From positions 15,810,001-15,874,000 of the forward strand of contig JBHGNT010000013.1 of assembly GCA_043228905.1 (NCBI GenBank): 64,000 nucleotides of DNA, read 5' to 3'. This document shows, piece after piece, positions 13,846 through 26,000 of this stretch. The stretch comes from Azolla caroliniana. Taxonomy: Eukaryota; Plantae; Polypodiophyta. How positions within the stretch are numbered: the first letter of the stretch is position 1; each line of letters opens with the position of its first letter. Below the pieces are notes generated by a model that had not been told where the DNA came from, ran no database searches, and worked only from the letters and a program-made list of their open reading frames with translations. A program made the translations under genes and the position numbers.

Positions 13846-16493
13846 ATGTATGTTGTTAAGATTAAGAGAAAGGAGAAGATGAGGAGAATAGAGAAAGCAA
13901 GAATCCAAAATGAAGGAAATGCGAATATTCAAAAGTGGGGATCACAGACATCTAAAAATAAGCATTCCCTTTTATTTGCAGCCTGAGAAAAACTCAGAGG
14001 ACTTAATTTCCCCTTCTTCATCATCATCATCATCATCATCTCCTCCTTCTTCTTCTTGTTTTTCTTTGTTTTTCTTCTTATTGATTTGTTCGTGGGTCAT
14101 GGCATTGGTAACATGTCAAAGGTCTTCCTTCTTTTTCCCTGGGTCCCTCTACCGAACAATCCTACAAACTTTTTTTTTTTTACAATCATGTGTTTCGGCT
14201 TCTCCCAATTGATTGTCGTTTCGATCCGCAGAATACTCCCATCCGAGCAGCTAGGCATGATTTCATAAGTTGTGCCTCAGATGTAGAAATGTTTGTGCAT
14301 CGGACATCAAACATGGTTAGGGGAAACATAAGGGAACGAGGAACGCGACACCATTCGCAGTTTATTGCTAGTTGTCTCCCCTAAGGTAGGTTAACATGCT
14401 AACCTTGAATTGGCATGGCATAACAATGGCATTAACCACCCATCCTTGCATGAGGTAGGAAGGTACATGCATCTGAGACCATTGCTCGCTATGTACGGAA
14501 CGCCCCTCCTAAGTTGGACACGATGGCATAGCTCAACCCTCGAACATAAAAATGGTGTACATTATGATGTTTATTACTTTAGGGAAACATATGGGGATGA
14601 GGATGTGACACTGTCTGTTTTTGGATCACATAGTAATGTCATCTATCATCCTTGCATGAGGCAAGAGGGTACAAAGTGCCAATCTAAATGCATCGTATGA
14701 TTTTGAGATTGCATGGTTATGTCATCGTAAACTTTTAGAACTCCCATATTAGTCAGAAGAAGGATGGATCACCATCTCATGTTTTTTCAAGATGATCAAT
14801 CAATCAAGAGTGTCTTTTTCTACGTGAAGTGCATGCATCACATACTTTTATCAACTCCAAACCAAGACACTATGGATTTTCTGTGCCTACTAAAGTCACT
14901 AGACAATGAAGTTGTGGAATCTTTAATTTCCTTCTCATTTTGGTTAGAGTATTTATATGATGATCAATCATTTATTCCTTTATTGCTTCTCTTCTCCCTC
15001 CTATTCCATGTAACAAAATATTGTTATTTGTTAATTTGTTCCATGTTAATTTCTCCTACGTCTTTGTCTAAGACTCCTTCACATCATTACTAGTGCCTCT
15101 ACCTTATCATATTGTCCTGACTTGATACATGATATATCTATTTTTATTAAGGTAATAGCTTTCCAACTTGTTGGTTGTCTTTTCTAAGATAGGTTAAACG
15201 ATAACCTTCAATTGGCATCACACAAGTTCTAGTTCAATGTCCTCATCACATCACATTGAGTGTCATCCTCACTTGTCCTTAAGTTTCCAAGAAAGAGACA
15301 AGTATGCCATCGACTTTCTTTGTGTCTTTCAAACAACCTTTATGGTAGATGGTGGGGCAATCAAATATATATCAACCAAATATGACAATGCCATGAAGGC
15401 AATTGCAAACAATGTTGCGCTCATCAAGAGTTATTCCATTGTGAGGAGAGATGCACTACAAGGGATTACTTTGTGATCTTTTCCGATAATTTGGTAATCT
15501 TTAATCTTTTCATGTGATGGTGTGCATGACATCACCTATGCCAATGTGTATGTATTCATGATACATGTGTGACACCATTTACTAAAACCATGCATGGCTT
15601 TACAAATAGCTTACACATGAGCCAAATAAGCATTTACCCATGCATTCCATTCGTGAACATGAAATCTAAAATTCATGAATTGCATGAAAGGAGATTACAC
15701 CAAAACTCTATTTTTTGAGCTTGAAACTCGAAGCATATATTGGTAAACCCTGAGCTCCGATTGGACCCAAATAGCTAACTCCCACTCTTCCAAAACTTTT
15801 ACACTTAAATCAAATCATAAAACCATTCAACCCTAAAACAATTATCTTTATGAGTACATACATAAACATGGTAGCATCAAACCAAAATGCATAATCATCA
15901 CATTTAATATAATTTGTTTATTTCCAAATCCTATTAGCTTTATAACACAAATAACAATCAAAGAATAATTTACTCAAGTTTCTTAAATATATAGAGTGAG
16001 TTTCCAAATGTTGAATCAAATAAAGAGTTGTTAGAAATAAAATCAACTCCCCTACGTTTTAATCTAAACTTAGCATTCTTACAAGGCATGCAAAACAATA
16101 ACAATGCAATCTTCCTACGAGATATATAAAATGTTAGTTGACCTTTAAATGACGCACCAATTAGTCTTTATAAACCATACTTCCGATTTCTATTCAATAT
16201 ATGCTTGGAGGTAGCTTTTGGAGCATTGTGATTCGAACACCTTCAATTATCCTTTTATATGATTCTAAGCCTTGACATTGGATGAGTGTATTTACGAAAC
16301 AAACATGGTAAGGGGAAAGTAAGCATGATAACCATATGAATTAGATGAAAGTTTAGATTAGGTTCACCCCAAGAGGTTCAAATTGCGACCAAAATATCCC
16401 ATGAGATTCAACAATTAGTCTATCATATGTCCTAGTACTAGCATATAAGGTCAAGAGGGCTTTCCAAGAATTTGTAATATAACATCATCAAGA

Positions 16494-16680
16494 AGGTTAT
16501 GTACAACTAGGTAAAAATAGCATATACTGATGGCTTCGCCTAAGAGTTTGTGAGATAAAAGTTAACACTAAGGTTATGTACATCTAGGTAGGAATACCAT
16601 GTACGAATCTTACTTTTGATGCATTGCATATTCGCGAGGCTTTATATACAACTAGGTGAGAATGTCATATACTAATCTTC
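16494..16680. repeat. Three degenerate ~70-75-bp repeats downstream of the Dof-like ORF
   Basis: AGGTTATGTACA(A/T)CTAGGTA..AATA.CAT.TAC-type motif at ~16494, ~16570 and ~16637. Confidence 0.6.
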
Positions 16681-16738
16681 CATCCGAGGCATTAAATATT
16701 CGCAAGTTTGTTATATTCCGGCATTTGTGTACAAATGT

Positions 16739-17620
16739 TTAGTATATACTTTGGTAGAAGTTGAGAATGTCATCCTCTTGGATGAGCAAATTTAGGTGAG
16801 TTAGGTCTAATTCAGGGAAAGGCAAAAAATGGGCCGTTTCATTTGATAGGTTTAGATCCCATTCCAAGTTACCAAAAGGATTGTCTTTGTTTGTGACACT
16901 TGACATCTGGAGAGAGGATACATAGTCTTCCTCCTCAACTGAAGGGAGTAAATTCCAATTGGATCCACTTGCATGCTCCACACATCCAGTCTCATGTTTC
17001 GTGTTAGGAGCCTTGTCTTCCCCATCCAAAACAAATGGATGCAAAGGTTGGTAGTAATGTCGACTAACATCCTCATCAAAGGTTAGCATAAGATCAGGTG
17101 TCGTGGTCGACGATGGTTGATCCAACATGCATTGTTGGTCTTTGGCAGTGGTACATACAAATATGGTCTTGTTAGTGCTAGTATTAAGTTGGTCGACGCG
17201 AATCCCGACTTTTCTTTTAGTCTTATTATTATTAGCCTTGCTTTTCGAGGGCGGTTTCTTTTGTTTTATACTTTGGTATCCCTTGTAAGTGAAGTGATAA
17301 GCTCTCTTCTTGCCACTACCTCCGATAGCCGAAGTTTTAGACGCCTTCTCATCGTTCGCGTGCCGGGGCGAGCACACAACATTCTTGCATATGTAGCGTG
17401 CTTGCAATGTGCGCGATTTCTCTTTGTTGTTGAAGTATCGGAACTGCACGTGGTCGGAATTTAAACACGATGGGCATAATGGTTGTAACCTCTTGAAAGT
17501 CTCTCGAATTTCTCCTTGTATGTGTCTAGGAAGCCGCGGCAACACATCGGGTAGTCTCCCTGTACATAAGATCTCCTCCACAAGTGGTCGATCTCCGCTC
17601 TCGGGGGCTTCCATCATCAT
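16739..17620 (-). CDS. Orphan 293-aa protein with a divergent Dof-like C4 zinc finger; putative transcription factor
   Basis: Open 882-bp ORF in otherwise stop-rich DNA. CPSC-LNSDHVQFRYFNN-KEKSRTLQARYIC-KNVVC resembles the Dof core CPRC.S..TKFCYYNNY...QPRYFC..C. It is followed by a Lys-rich basic stretch and an acidic/hydrophobic C-terminus. Confidence 0.6.
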   Translation of the reverse strand: MMMEAPESGDRPLVEEILCTGRLPDVLPRLPRHIQGEIRETFKRLQPLCPSCLNSDHVQFRYFNNKEKSRTLQARYICKNVVCSPRHANDEKASKTSAIGGSGKKRAYHFTYKGYQSIKQKKPPSKSKANNNKTKRKVGIRVDQLNTSTNKTIFVCTTAKDQQCMLDQPSSTTTPDLMLTFDEDVSRHYYQPLHPFVLDGEDKAPNTKHETGCVEHASGSNWNLLPSVEEEDYVSSLQMSSVTNKDNPFGNLEWDLNLSNETAHFLPFPELDLTHLNLLIQEDDILNFYQSIY

Positions 17621-17660
17621 TCCTGATATATATCACATCACACCAGTAGTTTTCAGTAGA

Positions 17661-17812
17661 ATCATGACCACATTTAGAAAGCATGACCTCTAAAATCATG
17701 TAGAACCATGGCTAAATGAACGAGGGTTTAGGGCAAATCATGACCACATTTAGAGGCATGACCCTCTAAAATCATGTAGAACCATGGCTTATGATCGAAG
17801 GGTTTAGGGCAA
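17661..17812. repeat. Two ~76-bp tandem copies upstream of the Dof-like ORF, each ending in GGGTTTAGGG
   Basis: ATCATGACCACATTTAGA..GCATGACC.TCTAAAATCATGTAGAACCATGGCT..GGGTTTAGGGCAA seen twice. Confidence 0.8.
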
Positions 17813-18118
17813 TGCCTAAACACCAAAACCCTAAACTGACATTCATCCTAGGCACAAAAGAGTTTTTTTAGACGACAATGTACTACCACAAACTTACAAG
17901 GTCAGGAAATATCTGTAATCGAAGGTTGTAGGAAGCAAGAAAACACCCTGATCTCCTCCGCACGCATCTCTGCTCAGCCAGGGAATGTTTCCCATGGAGG
18001 CGTTTCATAGCTCCAAGCGTTTTTCAGCTCAATATGAATACTTGGCTGCAGGGGAACTATCTGTTTTCTAATTAGAAATCAGTACAAGGAAGAAGCCATA
18101 TGCAACATATACATATAC

Positions 18119-18149
<31 letters not shown>

Positions 18150-18334
18150 TGGTAGCATGGATCAAAGAAAAAACACAGAGAAGCAGTGTAGATGTTTCCA
18201 CACCTTGGAAAAAACCTCACGATATATTTCTTCTTAGTTTGGCGGATTTTAATGCAGTGATCTGTTTTGTATGTCTGTTTATATACATACATAGCAGCTA
18301 GATAGATATAGACCTCTAGATTTAGCCAGATAAA

Positions 18335-18600
18335 AATATAGCAAAGGGTGGGCTTTTTTTTTGTTTGTCTTCCTCATTCTAAAAAAACTCCATGTGTCTC
18401 TTAATTTATCAAGCCCACTTAAATATGCGAAGGGTGGGCTTTTTTTTTTGTTTGTCTTTCTCATTCTAAAAAAACTCGTTTGTCTCTTAATTTATCAAGC
18501 CCACTTAAATATAGCATGGGGTGCACCCGATTCATGATAGTTAAGATTAGTAGCCTGGGATCAGTTGCATGCATCAAGCCCACTTAAATTTAGCATCGGG
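18335..18600. repeat. ~85-90-bp degenerate tandem repeat
   Basis: AAGGGTGGGCTTTTTTTT..TCATTCTAAAAAAACTC..TGTCTCTTAATTTATCAAGCCCACTTAAATAT occurs twice, with a third ATCAAGCCCACTTAAAT at ~18574. Confidence 0.75.
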
Positions 18601-19205
18601 TGCATTCCATTCATGAGGGTTAAGTTTAGTGGCATTGGATCCATTGCAAGCATTGCCCCATTATCCATAGCTAAAGCTAAATAAAGTCTCAATCCCAACA
18701 TCACACTTTATCAATGAGAACCATTTTCCATGATTGGTCTCGATCTTGACCAAATTCACCAAAAGAAATTTCTTTCTTCTTACACGTAAGAAGATTCAAT
18801 GGACATTCCATCACTCCTTTCAGTAGTAACCTCCTCATCGAGGGCATTCCATGACGTTGAGTGGAAAACAAGCTTTTACCACCAAATGTCAACCTTTTCA
18901 CATTGTATTCAATGAGCTTGATCAATCTCATCAAGGGTGTCTTACTTGAGGGGTTTATCAATCTCAATTAGGGGCATTTCACCACATCAAACAACTTATC
19001 AAGGACAATATCACGTCATTGACATAGAAGACTTTTTTTCAAGTTAATGTCACCCTCATCAAGCGCTAGACATGAGCTTTTACACATATGTATACTTTGG
19101 TTGAACAACTTTTGCATTTTACCATACATTTATTAGCTCTATTATGCTTTGGTAATCGTAATCCATCACTCTTCAAGAACTAAAACCTTTCGGTAGCCTC
19201 GCTTT

Positions 19206-19323
19206 TTAAAGAGAATGTTATTGCCTTTTACTCTAGAGACAATTTTAAAGAGAATATTATGGCCTCTTACCGTAGAGACAATGTTAAAGAGAATGTTATG
19301 GCCTTTTACTCTAGAGACAATTT
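19206..19323. repeat. 39-bp minisatellite, three copies
   Basis: TTAAAGAGAAT(G/A)TTAT(T/G)GCCT(T/C)TTAC..TAGAGACAAT repeated three times. Confidence 0.85.
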
Positions 19324-19948
19324 TATCATGCTTTGTTATAACTTAAGCTTTTTTTTTCCCAAAAAAATATTCTTCCTTAGTAGAAATTCTACATACTTTA
19401 TAAATTGATTATTCTAACAACATTATAAAGGTTGATGCCATGATAGGCCAATAAGAAAGCTCAAAGACTCAGAGTGGAAAACTACAAAGAACAATGAACA
19501 CATACAGGTTGTATGATTGCATGCTTGATCTACCATGGCTATATGACTACAAGCATTTCCAACATTTCCGTTATGCTTCACAACATATTGGGGATAGGGA
19601 AGCTATTGAATCTATTCTAACAACATTTCCATTCCTTAAGAGTAATCGCACAACAAGAAAGGTGACCGAATTTGGTAAAACTCCATTTCTTCTCATTGGG
19701 TATAACTTAAGCATTTTTCTTAAGCCAATTTGTTAGCATTGGCTTTCAAAGGATAATGGCATCATTTTTTCTTCTTGTATTGTGGAAAAATGACGATGTC
19801 AACATTGTTAAGCCATTTCTAGGGAGTAATTTGTTGGGGTGCACGATATTGAATTGAATAATTTTTATAATGAATGCAACATCAAACCAATTGCTCAAGA
19901 TTCAAAATCATATCCTTAATGTTGCAAAGTATTTACACAACATAACGT

Positions 19949-20522
19949 TGTCGCGGTATTCCGTGAGTACGTGTAGGATCTGAGGCGGGACCACGGGGGT
20001 CTTGGACAAGGGAGTAGAGGAGAAGGAATAAGACATAAAATGGAAGCTTAGCTTAAGAGGAGAAGAGGAAGAATAGCACATAAACATAGAATAGAATAGA
20101 TGAAGGCAAGATACACCCACAAAGACAAGAAAATCAACATGTTATATTAAGAGTTCACAAAAGATTACACAACCAAGGCCACATAGGCCGCACCAAAAAC
20201 GACTACAAGAAAACCCTCACCGGATGAGCAAGTAAAGAAGTATAATAAAAACCCTAAAGGAAACCCAAGAAGAAACCCTAAAACCGAATAGGAAACCCGC
20301 CACCCAAGTGGTATGCCTCTCCCCCCTCCAAATCGGCAAACCCTTCATAAGAGACCCCTCCCTTCCTTTTATAGCCCAAGGAGGGAGAGACGTTACAATG
20401 TGGGATAAATTCTCCCCCTTATTCTATACACTATTTTCCTACTATACATGTGCACATGTTGCACCTTGCCGACTTGCCCATTCCATCTCGGTTTCACACC
20501 AAAGCCGGAAATCTTCATGACA
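19949..20522. mobile_element. Probable solo LTR
   Basis: GC-richer block bounded by TGTCGCG...CATGACA, with an internal CCTTTTATAGCC (minus-strand TATA typical of LTR U3). Flanks ACGT and ACAT give only an imperfect TSD. Confidence 0.5.
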
Positions 20523-23014
20523 ACATTTCATTATTTGAATTTGGAATTTATCTAACCTTGGTAATTAATTTATAAAGAATATTTTGTGGGGATATCTAAA
20601 AGTTCCTTTTACACAATGTAGAAAACCAATTGCTTGCATGTCATGCTTTAGCACACAATGCCTTGGTGCAACTCATTAATTGTTTTTGTTGATACCAACA
20701 ACCATTAGTAATCACATCCATGTTAATAGCGTATTGTTGAAATGTTGTACAAAGACTTAGTTTGATCATTGGACTCTTATGAACTCCACCATGAATGGAA
20801 TACTTAAAAATAGTAAGGCGAATCTCCCTTAGTGACTTCTTGGATGTCATAAACATCTCTATCATCATGCTCACAAATGTGACACTTCTATCAACGATGT
20901 GGTTCTCAACATGTTCTGTTGGTGATGTCTTCATTTCAAGGGGGGCATTTAATAATACTGTTGTAAATTTGTCTTTTTTACGGCTCTTATCACACTGCTA
21001 CAGAATCGTTTGGAGGCTCTCTCGATGGTTGCATATTGGAAAGCATCACGATCAAAATTCATCGCACTTACGTCACCATGTTTGGGAGTTTGCAATAAAT
21101 CCTAAAACTAACAAAAGTCATATCATGTGGAAGGACACAAGTTTCAACGCAATCGCCTATAAATGTTGAGCTCTTTCCTCATTGATATTTTCGTTGACTC
21201 CTCTGAGGTTTTCTTAATTTACATATTTGGATTTTAGAGTGTGCTCCATTTTTCTTTAATTTACCAGCTTCCTTTTGTCACAATAATCAAGTCATTACCA
21301 TATCAATATGTACAAACTTCCACTCTTAGGAGCGTGCTCAAGCCAAGAAAGTATCATACAAACACAAAGAGAATTTACACATCCGTCATAAATGGAGTTT
21401 CTAGATCAAATTAATGCTTCACCATGGTGAGAAAAATGTACTTCATATATGTTTCTTTTGGGACATTGGTTATCAACTTATATGGCTTCTACCTCCCATA
21501 TACATTTCTCTTTTTCCAAGCATTGTTGTTTGTTCGTGTTTGCTTCATTCCTTAACTACATATTCTGGATGTGTTATCTATTTAAAGTGACTTTATTGGA
21601 ACCTTATGAGGGGATTTTTGGAGTCTTAGCACCATTAGCCAAGATAAGGGGATCCCATATGGTGTAAGGAGGGATACCATTGTTAGTTAGGTGATGAAAT
21701 AGATACAATGTAATAAATCAAATCTGTCAAAAGATTCATATGCACATGTGAGATTCATAGCCCACGAATCGTTGAATTCAACTCCATTTCATAAGGCACT
21801 TGATTTGGATAGCTCCGCACATATGTTTTCTTAAATGTTGTTGCCTAAGACTCAAGAAGATGGATGTTATACATTATTAAAATGTTATTTTCTTGATCAG
21901 CAATGAAAGAGGTCATTATGATGGGATATCTTGATGTAAGTTTTAGTGTGGGAACTAATTTCATTGGTAGTTGAGGCCTTTTTATTCAATAATGATTTGG
22001 CTAAGCACTGCTAACTTATCAAATTATGAAGGTTATTAGTTGGACCCGCATAAGATTTGGTTTCGGTTCCAACGTTTGTTATGTCTCATGCATTTCCCAA
22101 GCACTCAACATCCACGAGGAGTTCCGTTGGTCCTTCTTATTGCGGTGAGAAAAGTGCTAAGCTTGAAGAGTTTCATTCATTACATGGGCTCTATTTGATC
22201 ACGAATTTCCGTCTTCCTTGAAGGTAAATGGGGAGTTCAAAAAAGGTCCAAGATGAATGTAAAGAAGAAGAACTAGGCCACTAGAATGGGAAGCTGAATT
22301 TTTTTATATTCCTCCAAGAGTCTATAACCACACCCTCGTTGATTTCGTAAGGGAAATATACATCATAAACGGAATAAATACCATCCCTAGTTTCAATCGG
22401 TTCCCCTATTACCCACAACACAAATGATCAGTAGGGAAGACATTCTAATAACTCTGCGAGATTATGAAATTGATTTCACGAGCAAACTCTAGTATAGGAA
22501 AGATATGGGCAAAATGAGCCATTTGAGATATGGGGGAAACATGATCGTAACCATGAGTCAAGCATGGCATTGAGATATAGAGGGGAGATCAATGATGAGA
22601 GCGAGCGAGATATGTACGACGGATAATGGGCAAGAGTGTCGAGGGAGATCCGGAAGGAAGGGCACCATTTCAAAAATTCTCTTAAGATTCTTATTATTAT
22701 TTTTTTGGGAGGGGGGGGGGGGTCTAGGAACAATTGGGTGGAGGTATCTCTTAGAGGAGGTAATGGAAAATAAACAATTGAATATAGAATTTGATACAAA
22801 AATGTGTGCCTTGTGTGTGGGGTGTTGGGGGGGGAGTAATTAAATTTTTTAGGTTTCTTTTTTTGTTTTACTTGTAGTCCTTTCTTTTTTACAAAGGTTT
22901 GAAGTGGGATTTCGCTAAATAGTTAACTGATTAGGTAGCTAATGATGTGTAGTTAGGCACTTGGTTAGTTGATTAGTTAGCTAAGTAGTTAGTTAGTTAG
23001 GCGATTGATTTAGG

Positions 23015-26000
23015 TTAGTGAAGGGGGGGAGGGGAGGGGGGGTTGAATCGGTCGGTGTCGTTGAGGAGGGCGACGACGCGAAGCATGGATGGGCGGCGCG
23101 CCGGCACGTCGTCCAAGCACTGGCAGCTCAGCTCCAGGTACAGCATCATCTCTTCCTCGCTCCCGCCGCCGACGCCGCCTTCCCTCAGTAGCGCCGGATC
23201 GATCACCTCCATCCGCCGGCCCTGCGCCACCTTCAGCTTCACCCACCCCACCAGGTTCTGCCCTGTTCCTCCGCCGCCGCCGTTTTCCGCCGCCGGCGCG
23301 GCGGCGCAGTCCGTGGCCCTCCGCCCCGTGAGCAGCTCCAGCAGCACCACCCCGAACGAGTAGACGTCCCCTTTGCTGGTGCAGCGGAAGCTCTGGTAGT
23401 ACTCCGGCGGCACGTAGCCCGGCGTGCCCGCCAGCGTGCTCACGCTGAGGTGGGTGTCCAAGGCGCTGATGAGCCTGGCCATCCCAAAGTCCGACACCCG
23501 CGCCTCCATGTCCGCGCCCAGCAGCACGTTGCTGGACTTCATGTCCCGGTGTATGATGTGCGGTATGCAGTTGTGGTGCAGGAACGCCAGCCCCCTGGCC
23601 GCCCCTCTGGCCGCCTGCTTCCGCCGATCCCAGCTCATCGCCACCCTCTCCTCCGCCCCTTCTCCTACGCCGCCTCCTACGCCACCGCCGCCATGCAGCG
23701 CCTCCTCCAAGCTGCCTCCTTCCATGAACTCGTAGACCAGGAGCCTCTCTTCCCCTACCTTGCAGTAGCCCAGCAACGGCACCAGGTTCCTGTGCTTGAT
23801 CTTCCCTAGCGTCTCCATCTCCGCCACAAACTCCCGCTCCCCCTGGCAGCTGAACTGCACCAGCTTCTTTATGGCCACCACCGTGCCGTCCTTGAGCCCC
23901 GCCCTGTACACCTCCCCGAACCCCCCCGACCCCACCAGGCTCTCCCTGCTGAACCCGTTCGTCGCTTCCATCAGCTGCGAGAACGTCAGCTTCTTCAGCG
24001 CCCGCTCGAACGTCGCCACGTTTATGCTCAGCGGCTCCTTCTCGCCGCTCAGATTCCAGCCTCCGCCTCCGCCTCCGCCTCCGCTGCTGCTGCTCCGGCT
24101 CCTGCTCGACGACGCCTGCTGCAGGCTGCTCAGCAGAGCGCTCTCCATAGCCTTCTTCCGGTCCTTCTTCATCTTCTTGTGGAGAATCAGCCAGCCCAGT
24201 AGGGCGGAGCTGCAGAGCAGAGCCACCAAGACGGAGACCACGATGCTGTTGGTCATCATCGATATCACGCGCAGACGATTCCTGGAGGCGGCGGCGGCGG
24301 CGGCGCTGGAAGCACATCTAGGATCGCCGCTATTTCTGCAAGCCTGGGCCAGATCATCGCCGCCGCCGCCACTGCAAGGCGGCAGCGGCAGGCCACAGAG
24401 ACCCGAATTGTTGGCGAAGACCCAAGCCGGATTCGTGGAGAGCTGGCCACCTGAGGGGATCTCGCCGCTGAAGTAATTGTTGGAGACGTCCACAGCCACC
24501 AGCAGCGTACAGGCGGCCAGAGCCGACAAGCTCCCTTCCAGATGATTGTAGGAGATGTCCAGGACCCCTAGCGTGCGAAGATACCGGAAGCTCTCCGGCA
24601 ATGGACCCGTCAGTTGGTTGTGAGAGAGAGCCAGGCTGATGAGAGACACCCAGGAGCCCATCTGCTCCGGCAGTTTTCCCGACAGCTGGTTATATGATAG
24701 GTCAAGGTACTGCAATGTCCTGTTCTCTGGGTTATCGTAGAGGCTGCCCCCTACATAGACCAAAGGATGGACGCCATTCCCACAAGCATCTCCCAATGGC
24801 GACCATCCGGACAGCAGCGCTTCAGGCGTGAGACCTGTGAAGTCCACCATGATCCCTAACCCTAGCCCTCTGCAGGCACTGCCCGGATTCCTAACATAAG
24901 CTAGTTGATAGCCAGACAAAACTGGCCTCTGCAGAGAGCTCGCCGAATGGCGGCCCACCTCCCCCGGGATGGAACCCGTCAGTTGATTCGAATTCAGATC
25001 CACCCACAGCAGCTGCGAGCAGTTCCCGAGCTCCGCCGGAATCTCGCCACTCAGCGAGTTATTGCCGAGAAGAAGTAAGGTTAGCCTCTGCATTTGCCCT
25101 AATGCCGCCGGGATCTCTCCGCTCAATTGGTTGTTGTTGAGGTTGAGCCATTCCATGTCGCTGCATTGGGAGATTTGGGCAGGAATTCTACCGGAGAGAA
25201 GATTGTTGTTGAGAACGAGGCTCTTAAGGCGAGGTATGTTTCCGAGCTCTGCAGGTATGGTGCCCGTGAGTTTGTTCTGCCACAGGGAGAGAGTCTCAAG
25301 ATTGAGAAGATGGCTAAGCTCTGCTGGGATGCTTCCCGTCAGATTGTTGAAGCTCAGGTTCAGAACGATGAGCCTAGAACAGTTACCAATAGATTGGGGA
25401 ATGGAGCCGGATAGCTGATTGTTGGGTAGAAGCAGCTCTTCCAGAGGATATATTAATCCATTGTAGTTGGGTGAGCAGAAATTCATGGCGGAGATGGAGC
25501 CGGACAGAGAATTACCACCGAGATCAAGAATCCTCAGCTTAGGACATGAATCGATCAAATTAATAGGAAGGGGTCCGCTAAATTCATTAAAAGCTGCCTG
25601 GATGATCTCCAGAGATGGAAGATCCGAATCGGCGCTAATAATGGCACTGAAATTGCCGCCCAATTTGTTGTTATGAATTTTCAGTTTCCGCAGGTTATTG
25701 CAGCGGCTCAGCGTGGGCGGCAGGGAGCCTGACAAATTGTTCCTGGACAGGTCGAGCTCTTGCAGGGACGTGCAGAGGTTGCCCGCGAAGAGGTTGGGCG
25801 GGATCTCCCCCGTAAATTGATTGTTGGAGAGGTAGAGTTTCTGGAGGCTCGGGAAATCGGCCAGCAGGTCGGGTAAGGCGGACACGAAGAGGTTGGAGGT
25901 GAGGTTGAGGGAGATCAGGTTAATGCAATTCTGCAAGGAAGATGGGATAGATCCAGCGAGGCGATTAGAGGAGAGGTCGAGGGAAGTGAGGTTGCGGCAA

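Noticed and set aside
17723-17835. Interstitial telomere array
   Set aside because: Only isolated GGGTTTAGGG/AAACCCTAAA units, more like telo-boxes within a local repeat than a true array.
19206-19323. Regularly spaced repeats as a possible CRISPR-like array
   Set aside because: Units are head-to-tail with no unique spacers, the context is eukaryotic, and there are no cas genes.
23010-24476. Long alternative-frame and antisense ORFs over the kinase region (435 aa on -, 226 aa on +)
   Set aside because: Expected by-product of extreme GC3 bias in the real kinase frame; the products are low-complexity with no motifs.
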